Assembly (NCBI RefSeq): GCF_001194135.2
Contig: NC_068989.1
Span: 6,764,982-6,801,931 of the forward strand
Length of the DNA stretch: 36,950 nucleotides
Reading direction: 5' to 3'
Source: Octopus bimaculoides
Lineage: Eukaryota
Shown here piece after piece: positions 11,692 to 21,916 of this stretch (position 1 is the stretch's first letter; each line of letters starts with the position of its first letter). The notes beneath the pieces are model-generated. The model saw only the letters and a program-made list of their open reading frames with translations. It made no database searches and was not told the origin of the DNA. A program made the translations under genes and the position numbers.

Positions 11692-11745
<54 letters not shown>
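11502..11745 (+). repeat. Compound (GT)n/(AT)n microsatellites
   Basis: Long GT runs at ~11504-11570 and ~11708-11744 separated by AT-type repeats. Confidence 0.95.
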
Positions 11746-11747
<2 letters not shown>

Positions 11748-12408
11748 TTTGTATATATATTCCTATGTATGTATGTATGTATTTATATATGTATATGTCT
11801 GTGCGTTTATGTTGGTCTATGAGTGCGAGTTGGTGTACATACGCTGATACGTTTATTTATTTAATTATACATTTCCAGTAAAAATATTTGAAGGAGGATG
11901 AAACAGGTTTTCTCTACTACCACTTTTCTGTAAGTCAAAAATATTACCTAAATTTATCAAATCTATGCATATTTTGAAGCCAAATACACCCAAAATATAC
12001 AGAAAAAAAAATATATAATCAAAAAATATAAAGTAAACATCTTTCATGAAAAGTATATGTAAACACAAACATTCTGGAAATAAGCTGGAAAACATCAATG
12101 AATTGGTTTGTGATAAATAGGTTTCCAAAATAGACTACATTCTGTTTATTTTCAGATGGAATACACTACCTCGTCGATATAGACACAACGCAGTTACAAT
12201 TTTTAGTTATAGATTATCGATGTATCTTTTAAAATGAATTTTAGATATTATTTTTCTATCTCAAAATCTCCACTCATCTCTCTCTGCCTCTGTTTGTTTG
12301 TCTGGCTGTGTGTGTTTGTGCATTTTGTTTTATTCACTTTCTTTTTCTGCCTGTCTCTCCCTCTCTCTCAGCATACTTCACATGTATACCCACATACATA
12401 TATGCATT

Positions 12409-12458
<50 letters not shown>

Positions 12459-12664
12459 TATGTATGTATACATCTAAAAGAACCAACACTGAATCGGATA
12501 TACAGTATAAGTTGGATTTAGTACTAACATGTCTCGAGTTACCTTACTAACAATTGATACCTTCACAGTTGTTTTATCACATTGTGAACCCTATGCTATC
12601 GTGTCTAGCCATTTCTGACGTCCTACGTGTAAATGTGGCTAGATTATAGTGAACCCTATAACTC

Positions 12665-12710
<46 letters not shown>

Positions 12711-12768
12711 TCATATACTGATATAGATATACAGGCATTTATATAATATATATATATGTGTGTGCGTC

Positions 12769-12805
<37 letters not shown>

Positions 12806-12989
12806 GTTGTGGATCTGAGGTTAGTATTCACATTGAACTGTCTCTGCCACGTGATCCAGTTAAAGGAGATGCACAAAGTAGAGGGTTAATGCGTAGAATA
12901 ACATCGCACGGAAGTACACCAGGTAGCATGTTGTTGGTAAATATAGATATACATATATACGATTTATATATATATATATATATATATAG

Positions 12990-13092
12990 GCTGATGTCAA
13001 CCTTTGAACAAACATGAAGTTTGTGGTACAACGACAATATCACAATACGTACACACATACATATGCGGCACAAAATTTATAGCGCATCAACA

Positions 13093-13096
<4 letters not shown>
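12990..13096 (+). repeat. 107-bp direct repeat, copy 1 (copy 2 at 14363-14469)
   Basis: gctgatgtcaacct...cacaaaatttatagcgcatcaacaatat; 10 mismatches in 107 bp by manual alignment. Confidence 0.93.
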
Positions 13097-13125
<29 letters not shown>

Positions 13126-13434
13126 TGTATGTATTTATCTATCTGTCTATCTACGTATATATAGAGAGAGAGGTGGTGCGCCTACTAGCTAGGCAGTGAT
13201 CGCGAATAGCTTAAACCAGCTAGCTTCAAGTAACTAAGCCACTCACGGCTACTTTCACACATCTCTCATGGACGCAGACGACCTGATCGCATTGTCTTAT
13301 ATATCTTTCCTTCGTCGTTCGACGCATTTTAACGATTAATATTTCATATTTGGAAGTTCACATAAATGTTTGTTCTTTCATTTATCAACTAAATCAAAAT
13401 ATATCTTCGTTACTTATATGCGTGTGTGTGTTTA

Positions 13435-13437
13435 TGT

Positions 13438-13470
<33 letters not shown>

Positions 13471-13720
13471 ATATACACATAGAAATACATACATATATAT
13501 ATATACGCATACATATATATACATACTTACATATATATATACATACATAATATATATATATACATACATAATATATATATACATACATATATATATACAT
13601 ACGTACATATACATATATACATACATATACATATATACATACATATACATATAAACATACATATACATATATACATATACATACATATATATATACATAC
13701 ATACATACATACAAACATAC

Positions 13721-13806
<86 letters not shown>

Positions 13807-14044
13807 ATACACACATACATACATATATATATATATATATACACATACATATATATATATACATACATATATATATATACACATACATATATATATATAC
13901 ATATATATAATACACATACATATATATATATACATACATATAATACACATACATATATATAAACATACATATATATACATACACATACATATATATACAT
14001 ACACATATATACACATACATATATATATACATACATACATATAC

Positions 14045-14090
<46 letters not shown>
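13435..14090 (+). repeat. ~650-bp compound (AT)n/(ATAC)n simple-repeat array
   Basis: Almost entirely ATAT/ATAC/ACAC units. Confidence 0.97.
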
Positions 14091-14091
<1 letters not shown>

Positions 14092-14362
14092 TATATGTGT
14101 ACAGGACGTCACCAATAGTAAACATGACATACGCAAACAACGAGAGAAACAAATGGAAAACAAGACAAGTAACATAAAGAACAACCCTTCATCAGTTGTC
14201 GGTTGTCATGTATGTATATACATCTTAATATTCAGATATATGCATGCACAGAAGCATATATAGCCCCGGACTAATCCGATCTCACTCACACACACACACA
14301 CACAATGTTAAGTTTCCCGTTTGATATATTACCTGTAGATTCATCTATACATCAACGTATGA

Positions 14363-14469
14363 GCTGATGTCAACCTATGAACAGTCACGAAGTTTGTGGA
14401 ACAACGACCATATTACAATACATACACACATATATATGCAGCACAAAATTTATAGCGCATCAACAATAT
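14363..14469 (+). repeat. 107-bp direct repeat, copy 2
   Basis: About 91% identical to 12990-13096. Confidence 0.93.
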
Positions 14470-14480
14470 TAGTTAGAACA

Positions 14481-14690
14481 GGCGGTGAGCTGGCAGAATA
14501 GTTAGCACGTGAGAGGAATATTTAGTGGTACTTGTCATTACTTTCTGAGTTCAAATTCCACCGAGGTCGACTTTGCCTTTCATCCTTTAGGGGTCGATAA
14601 ATTAAGTATCAGTTGCGTACTGAGGTCGCTCTAATCGACTCGCCCCCTCATCAAAAATTTCAGGCCTTGTGCTTAGAGTAGAATAGAATA
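14481..14690 (+). mobile_element. SINE family A, full length (tail type 2), with 8-bp TSD
   Basis: ggcggtgagctggcagaatagttagc...gagttcaaattcc...ttcaggccttgtgcttagagtagaatagaata. TSD TTAGAACA at 14473-14480 and 14691-14698. Confidence 0.92.
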
Positions 14691-14782
14691 TTAGAACAGC
14701 AGTAATATCAATGACATCACTATGAACAATATATCTACTGAGCGGTTTATATTAGGGACAATCCACTTTTGAACAGTGATAC

Positions 14783-14969
14783 GTGGTGAGCTGGCAGAAT
14801 CAATAGGCACAGGAGTGGCTGTGTGGGAAGTAGCTTGTTTACCAACCACATGGTTTCGGGTTCAGTCCCACTGCGTGGTACCTTGGGCAAGTGTCTTCTA
14901 CTATAGCCTCGGACCGATAAGCGCCTTGTTAGTGTATTTGCTCGACGGAGACTGAAAGAAGCCCGTCGA

Positions 14970-15008
<39 letters not shown>

Positions 15009-15375
15009 TGTGTGTGCATGTTTGTCCCCACAACATCGGTTGTCAGCCGATCCTGGTGTGTTTATGTCCTCGATAGAATAAGTACTAGGCTTACAAAGAA
15101 TAAGTCCTGGGGTCGATTTGCTCGACTAAAAAACGCGGTATTCCAGCACGGCTGCAGTCGATTGACAGAAACAAGTAAAAGAGTACCGGAGATAATGCTA
15201 AAAATCGATCTATTCAGCTTTTTTACATTGTATGTTCTAATGGCACCGAATTTGACTTTCCCTATCATCCTTCGGAGTTGATATAACACAAAGCAGAAAA
15301 GTATTAGGACCGATGTAGTCGACTCCCTTTTCGTTCAAAATGGTGGCCTTGTTCTAAAATTATAAAAGGATTATT
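14783..15375 (+). mobile_element. Old SINE family A copy interrupted by a family B insertion (host halves 14783-14805 and ~15184-15375)
   Basis: Head gtggtgagctggcagaatc lies upstream of the B copy. Downstream, taccggagataatgct...ttgactttccctatcatccttcggagttgat...gatgtagtcgact...ggccttgttctaaaattataaaaggattatt continues the A consensus. Confidence 0.65.
14806..15183 (+). mobile_element. SINE family B, full length (tRNA head, CORE-like motif, internal (GT)n)
   Basis: A box tggctgtgtgg; B-box-like gggttcagtccc; accttgggcaagtg resembles the CORE motif gaccttgggcaagt; 3' end gaaacaagtaaaagag. Confidence 0.93.
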
Positions 15376-17164
15376 GGAGATATGTAACCTAGCCAAACAC
15401 ACAGCATTTGCAGCTATTGTCGTTATTGATGTTGCAACTGTTTCCATGCGTATGCGTGCAGTTGCACGCGTCTATTTGTGCATTTGCACATGCATGTGTG
15501 TGATTATTCATTCGATATTTTTCTAGGATGGACGGATGGATGAATGGGTGCGATACTGCTTTTAAGATAATGATGTAGTTGTGTTGTAGACGACTGTAGA
15601 TGCTTCTGTTTGTTTCTCAGCGTTCATGTATGTTGTGGCAGAGACTGTGAAGGTCAAAGCTTCCTGCAATCACAAGCTGTCTGTTTTCTGTTCTTGTTTT
15701 TCTTTCCAATGTCCAAACGGTCTTTCATTTCTTTTTTTTGTACAGACTTTGTTTTGTTGCTCAAGTGCACTAAGGGTGTGATCTGTTTACAGCATGTGAT
15801 GATGCGAGGGTTAGCTCTTTTATGTTCTTTGTAATTTGAAGTCTATTATGATATATTGTCGAATGATTGAGAATGCAAGCAGTACTGGCATAATCCATTA
15901 TGGATCGAATATTGTTTGTATACGAACGCTGTTTTTCTTCTCTTTGTGGTTGGTCAAATATTCAGTGTATGAATATTGTATGTCTGTGTGTCGCTTTCAT
16001 TTGTTTACTATGCTTTTTACGTGTTTTGTAACACACACACACACACACTCAATACAACACGCGTATGTATATGTATGTATGCTTAATATACCACACACAC
16101 GCACACATATATACATACATATATACATATACACACATATAGACACATATGTCTATAGATACATAGATACACACATGCACGCACATGTTCTATGTAATTC
16201 CAAGGTTTTTGCCTTTGTGTCTGTGTGCATGTGTGTGTGTCTGTGTTTCTGTGTGTGTGTGTGTGTGTGTGTTTGATGTTGTTGTGAGTGTTACATTTAA
16301 AGACATATGGTGTTGCTGGATGAAGTACGTGATGTGTTCTAGTTGTTTATTTGAAGCATGATTCCTAGGTGGCTGCAGTACAGATGGAGAGGTTGTGCAA
16401 GGTTATAGGAGGGAAGTATGCAAATCCGCAGTCATTTGCATACGAAGCTTCTTGCAAGATTTCAGGTGTGTAGAAATTACAGATTTTAAATTTTTCACAG
16501 CATTAATTGCTGTCCTGTTTAGACGATGTTTATATTGCAATCTGCCGGTTTGGTCACCACCAGAATCTTCAAGCATTCATAAAAAGTTTGCATCAAACTG
16601 AATAGAACACTATGTGCCAGAAAGTGCAGTATGGTTCTGAACATTACAGATGCATTGTGTACCCGGCGCTAGGAATTTTTGGACCACATCTAGTCATTGA
16701 GACAATTCCGTGTCGGGAATCTCCGATTAAGCTTGCCCTGGACCTCAACAGCAACAGCAATTATATGGCTATAGCTGTGCCACAGTTATAAAGAGAAAAA
16801 AAACCCAGCTACAACAACAGCAACAGCAATTATGTGATTACATCTGTGCCAGCGAATTAGGGGAAGCTTTTATGCTTTTGCTCGACCTGCTAGAAAGCGC
16901 AGTCGAATATCTTTTGAATGATACCCGATTTTCGCAAATGAGAAACGAAGCGAGTGGCTGCAATAAAGTTGCAGATATCGTATTTCTGAAAGGAAACGGG
17001 ATTCAGAGGGGCTGAAGGGTGGGNNNNNNNNNNNNNNNNNNNNNNNNNNNNNNNNNNNNNNNNNNNNNNNNNNNNNNNNNNNNNNNNNNNNNNNNNNNNN
17101 NNNNNNNNNNNNNNNGTGGAATGTCTTGGGATCAAAAGACAGGTCGAACATTTCAGACATAGAA

Positions 17165-18380
17165 TTAAACAACAACAACGATGACGACGACGACGACGAT
17201 GACAACAACAAAAGCAACAGCAGCAGCAGCAGTAAGAATATTAACGAGAAAAATAACTGCAGCAGCAATTGTATCAGGAGCATCATCATCACCATCATCA
17301 ACAGCAGCGGCGGCAGCAGCAGCAGCAACGTTAAGACGTCACCGTTAATAAGCCATTCAAGATATTCAGCTACAGTTATAATGCAAAACAACAACAACAA
17401 CAATAACAGCAGCAGCAGTATTGATGGAACCATCGTTCAAGATCATCGTCGTCGTCGTCGTCTTTAGCGTCCTCATCCCTACCGTCATCACCACCACCAC
17501 TGCGACGACCACAACCACTACGACCACGACCAATACTACCACCACCACCAACAACAACAACAACTGCAACAACAACAACAACACTACAACGCAAACACCA
17601 CCATCACGACAAGAAGGCATGATGCTGCCGACGCCGCCGAGACCGCCGAGACCGCCGAGACCGCCGATGCCACGGTCACGATCACCACCACCACCACCAC
17701 CACCAACACAAACACCTCCATCCCTACCACAAAGCACGACGCCGACGTCGCCGACACCACCGTCACCACGACCACCAACACAAACACCACCATCATCACC
17801 ACCACCACCNNNNNNNNNNNNNNNNNNNNNNNNNNNNNNNNNNNNNNNNNNNNNNNNNNNNNNNNNNNNNNNNNNNNNNNNNNNNNNNNNNNNNNNNNNN
17901 NNNNNNNNNNNNNNNNNNNNNNNNNNNNNNNNNNNNNNNNNNNNNNNNNNNNNNNNNNNNNNNNNNNNNNNNNNNNNNNNNNNNNNNNNNNNNNNNNNNN
18001 NNNNNNNNNNNNNNNNNNNNNNNNNNNNNNNNNNNNNNNNNNNNNNNNNNNNNNNNNNNNNNNNNNNNNNNNNNNNNNNNNNNNNNNNNNNNNNNNNNNN
18101 NNNNNNNNNNNNNNNNNNNNNNNNCCATCACCAACCGCCACCGACAACACCACGGCGACTCCACCATCGTCGTAATAACTACGATCGCCAACGTCGCCTC
18201 CACCCACACCACTATTCGCCCCCCACCACCGGCAACATCAACACCATGATATTCACAACCATCGCCGACACCTCTGCCTTCACCGCCAAAATCATCATCA
18301 TCACCAACAAAACAACCACATTAAGAATCTCTAAGAACAAGTCTAACAACAGCAGCACCAGCACCAGCACCGACAGCAGC
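17165..18380 (+). repeat. Cryptic trinucleotide low-complexity region (CAA/GAC/CAG/CAC/ACC/GCC)
   Basis: Succession of short triplet runs, C/A-rich on the plus strand, interrupted by a gap at 17810-18124. Confidence 0.9.
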
Positions 18381-19004
18381 AATAATGGGAGTCTTGATAT
18401 AGGAACGAGAGTGCGTCCCTCGTGTATGGTGTTATGTTTAGTATGGTGGAAGTAAGTCTAAGCATTTTAAATCGATAAGAACGACGAGCGAGAGTTGAGT
18501 CGATGAGAAAAGTGAGTCAGCCGAGAGGAAGTCTGAAAAGCCAATGGCTGTAATATCATGTCAAGAACTGCCTGGAATTCCTGTCAGACCAAAAGTTAAA
18601 TAGATTTACCTGTCGACAGCTTTTACTGCAACTAACATCTGATTAATGAGTAACTAGTGGTTTGTGTCACGTGATGCTTCATAACACATTTCTGGAAATT
18701 TCCTCAATAAACGCTCGTTATTTTGGTCGTTTTTCATTCACTTTTTCCTTTACTTTTCTTCTTGTTCTTCGGTTTGTGTGTGAGTCTGTGAGCATGTGTG
18801 GGTGGTGAATAGGAAGGTATGTGTATATATATATATATATATGTGTGCGTGTGTGTGTGTGTGTGTGTGTATGAGTGGCGTGTGCGTGTATGCCTGTGTG
18901 TATATATGCGTGTGTGTGTGTGTGTGCGTGTATTTGTGTGTACGAGGTGAGCCTATCTATCTACTTCTCTCTCTGCCTCTCTATAACATGTCTCTCTCTC
19001 TCTC

Positions 19005-19054
<50 letters not shown>

Positions 19055-19706
19055 NNNNNNNNNNNNNNNNNNNNNNNNNNNNNNNNNNNNNNNNNNNNNN
19101 NNNNNNNNNNNNNNNNNNNNNNNNNNNNNNNNNNNNNNNNNNNNNNNNNNNNNNNNNNNNNNNNNNNNNNNNNNNNNNNNNNNNNNNNNNNNNNNNNNNN
19201 NNNNNNNNNNNNNNNNNNNNNNNNNNNNNNNNNNNNNNNNNNNNNNNNNNNNNNNNNNNNNNNNNNNNNNNNNNNNNNNNNNNNNNNNNNNNNNNNNNNN
19301 NNNNNNNNNNNNNNNNNNNNNNNNNNNNNNNNNNNNNNNNNNNNNNNNNNNNNNNNNNNNNNNNNNNNNNNNNNNNNNNNNNNNNNNNNNNNNNNNNNNN
19401 NNNNNNNNNNNNNNNNNNNNNNNNNNNNNNNNNNNNNNNNNNNNNNNNNNNNNNNNNNNNNNNNNNNNNNNNNNNNNNNNNNNNNNNNNNNNNNNNNNNN
19501 NNNNNNNNNNNNNNNNNNNNNNNNNNNNNNNNNNNNNNNNNNNNNNNNNNNNNNNNNNNNNNNNNNNNNNNNNNNNNNNNNNNNNNNNNNNNNNNNNNNN
19601 NNNNNNNNNNNNNNNNNNNNATATATATATATATATATACGTTTATATGTATATATATATACACACACACACACAAATACACCCATATATACATATACAG
19701 AAATAG

Positions 19707-19966
19707 ATAGAATGATAGACAGACAAACCAACAGATAGGTAAAGAGAGAGTGATAGATAGACACACATACATGCATACATACATACATACATACATACAT
19801 ACTCATATATAGAATGATAGACAGACAAACCAACAGATAGGTAAAGAAAGAGTGAGAGACAGACACACATACATGCATACATACATACATACATACATAC
19901 ATACATACATACATACATACATACATACATACATACATACATACATACATACATACATACTCATAT
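19707..19966 (+). repeat. Tandem duplication (19707-19808 and 19809-19966) containing (CATA)n of 7 vs 21 units
   Basis: atagaatgatagacagacaaaccaacagataggtaaaga..gagtga.ag..agacacacatacatg(cata)n ctcatat occurs twice. Confidence 0.92.
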
Positions 19967-20268
19967 ATATCCTGCCACTCAAACTTGATGCTGACAAAAT
20001 TGAATCTGTTGCTTATTTTCAATTTCTGAGAATCAACGTTGATAAGATTCTTAAATTGAAAGTAAATATTGATTCCATTTGCAAACTGATAATCAGCATT
20101 ATTTCTAACGTTATGTCTCTCGAAAAAATCATTTTCCCAGACATGTGCAACATATATCATCTAATCTTTGAAATTACATTATTGAGTTATCGCTGTAGTC
20201 AAGTCAAAATGTACTGAAACAAGAGCCTTAAAACCAATTTTTAATAAAGGAAGAATACAGACGTATGG

Positions 20269-20651
20269 GTGGAGGCGCAATGGCCCAGTGGTTAGGGCAG
20301 CGGCTCGCAGTCGTAGGATCGAAGTTTCGATTCCCAGACCGGGCATTGTGAGTGTTTATTGAGCGAAAACACCTAAAGCTCCACGACGCTCCGGCAGGGG
20401 ATGGTGGCGAACCCTGCTGTACTCTTTCACCACAGCTTTCTCTTACTCTTTCTTCCTGTTTCTGTTGTACCTGTAATTCAAAGGGTCATCCTTGTCACAC
20501 TGTGTCACGCTGAATATCCCCGACAACTACGTTAAGGGTACACGTGTCTGTGGAGTGCTCAGCCACTTGCACGTTAATTTCACGAGCAGGCTGTTCCGTT
20601 GATCGGTCAACTGGAACCTTCGACGTCGTAAGCGACGGAGTGCCAACAACA
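20269..20651 (+). mobile_element. SINE family C, full length, tRNA-derived, (CAA)n tail, degenerate 12-bp TSD
   Basis: A box tggcccagtgg; B box gtttcgattcc; 3' end gacggagtgccaacaac. Flanks acagacgtatgg (20257-20268) and acaggcgtacgg (20652-20663) match 10/12. Confidence 0.92.
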
Positions 20652-20700
20652 ACAGGCGTACGGAATTTTCGTTCTGTGGCCGTCGAGCATTAATACTAAT

Positions 20701-20830
20701 TTAAAATTTTGGCACAAGGTCCAAACGCTTGGGGTATGTGGCAAGTAAATTACAACGACCCCAATTCTGAGCTGGTACTTATTTTATCGACCCCGGAAGG
20801 ATGAAAGGCAATTTCGACCTCTGAAGAAAT
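20701..20830 (-). mobile_element. SINE family A 3' half (tail type 2), degenerate
   Basis: ggcacaagg...gacccc...ctggtacttattttatcgaccccggaaggatgaaaggcaatttcgacct is the reverse complement of the A core. Confidence 0.8.
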
Positions 20831-21274
20831 TCACAAATATCTATACACACGCAAATAATTTTCTACAAAAAATGTTTTTATCTTTAGAAGATTTCTCTTT
20901 TGGCTGAATTTTGAAGTTGTATTTATCGAGTAAGTGGTTTAAAAGGCTGCCATTTTCTAATGCAACCACTTTGTAACATACAAAACTGTTAAATTCACTT
21001 TAAATGTATTTGATATGGAGTCAACACTTTTGTTGCTTAACTGCGATCTGCTCACTGAAATAGTTCCATTGCAATACTTTACGACATTAAATTTAAAGAG
21101 AATTTAGCAGGTGCGTTATTAAAATTCTAAAATGGCTCTTCTGCGATGTAATTAATTTCCTCTCTTAATGTTCTGTTTCAATTTCTGTTCGTACTAGGTT
21201 TATAAACAACTCTGTTATCGACAATTTGCACGAAACGCAAACAACATCTTCAAGTTTGATGCAGATGACTGGAA

Positions 21275-21375
21275 TGGCAGACTGATTAAAGCAGCAGAAC
21301 GAAATATCTGCATTCTTGGTTCAAATCCTGACGAGGTCATCTTTTATTTTTATACTTACGGGGTCGATGTAGTAC
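21275..21375 (+). mobile_element. Degenerate family A-like SINE head
   Basis: tggcagactgattaaagca (A-box-like), ggttcaaatcc (B box), then gaggtcatctttt...cggggtcgat resembling the A core. Confidence 0.55.
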
Positions 21376-21445
21376 CTTTCAAGAGTGGTGGACTGGCGGA
21401 AAAGATCATTGTAAACAATGTACCCTTTTTTCTATCATATTGTGT

Positions 21446-21520
21446 CAGTCCTTGAACTCTGACCATGCCGGGACAACCCCTTGAAATGTTTAATCGAACA
21501 AATCCATCGAACTACTTCTA
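21446..21520 (-). mobile_element. Degenerate SINE family B 3' fragment
   Basis: cagtccttgaactctgaccatgccgggacaaccccttg...tttaatcgaacaaatc resembles the reverse complement of the B 3' end. Confidence 0.45.
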
Positions 21521-21535
21521 AGTAAAAAGGTGTCC

Positions 21536-21810
21536 AGCTGGCAGAAACGTTAGCGGCATTTCGTCAGTCCTTACGTTCTGAGTTCAAATCCCGCCGAGGT
21601 CGACTTTGCCTTTCCTCCTTTCGGGGTCGATAAATTAAGTACTAGTTACGCACTGGAGTCGATGTAATCGACTTAATCCCTTTGTCTATCCTTGTTTGTC
21701 CCCTCTATGTTTAGCCCCTTGTGGGCAATAAAGAAATAAGAAACATTAGCACACCGGACGAAATGCTTAGCGGTATTTCGTCTGTCTTTACGTTCTGAGT
21801 TCAAATTCCG
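21536..21810 (+). mobile_element. SINE family A composite: 5'-truncated copy (21555-21738) inside another A head, 12-bp duplication
   Basis: agaaacgttagc (21543-21554) and agaaacattagc (21739-21750) flank ggcatttcgtc...gggcaataaagaaata. The host resumes as acaccggacgaaatgcttagcgg...gagttcaaattccg. Confidence 0.85.
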
Positions 21811-21916
21811 TAAATATGAGGGTAATAAATTAAAATAATTTATTACCACTGATTAGCATGCATAAATAAACGTCAAAAGGCATAACATATTTTTTTTAAA
21901 TATACGAGTGTATAAT

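Noticed and set aside
13370-14184. YI/MYV/CVC-rich ORFs here and elsewhere
   Set aside because: They are translations of AT/GT/ATAC simple repeats, not cysteine-rich or membrane proteins.
14104-14208. 105-nt AG...GT exon candidate ([16 protein letters not shown]...)
   Set aside because: The acceptor lacks a pyrimidine tract, GTATGT is ubiquitous in the local repeats, and the peptide is not recognisable.
18581-18640. Minus-strand mini-exon MLVAVKAVD ending at CAG|GTAAAT (kinase VAVK-like)
   Set aside because: A four-residue match with no flanking kinase exons is expected by chance.
20269-20345. Possible tRNA gene (A and B boxes; loosely tRNA-Arg-like)
   Set aside because: No intact cloverleaf; it continues into a 300-bp body repeated at 32865 and has a TSD, so it is a SINE head. 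A link to the published octopus OR1/OR2/OK SINE names needs a database comparison.
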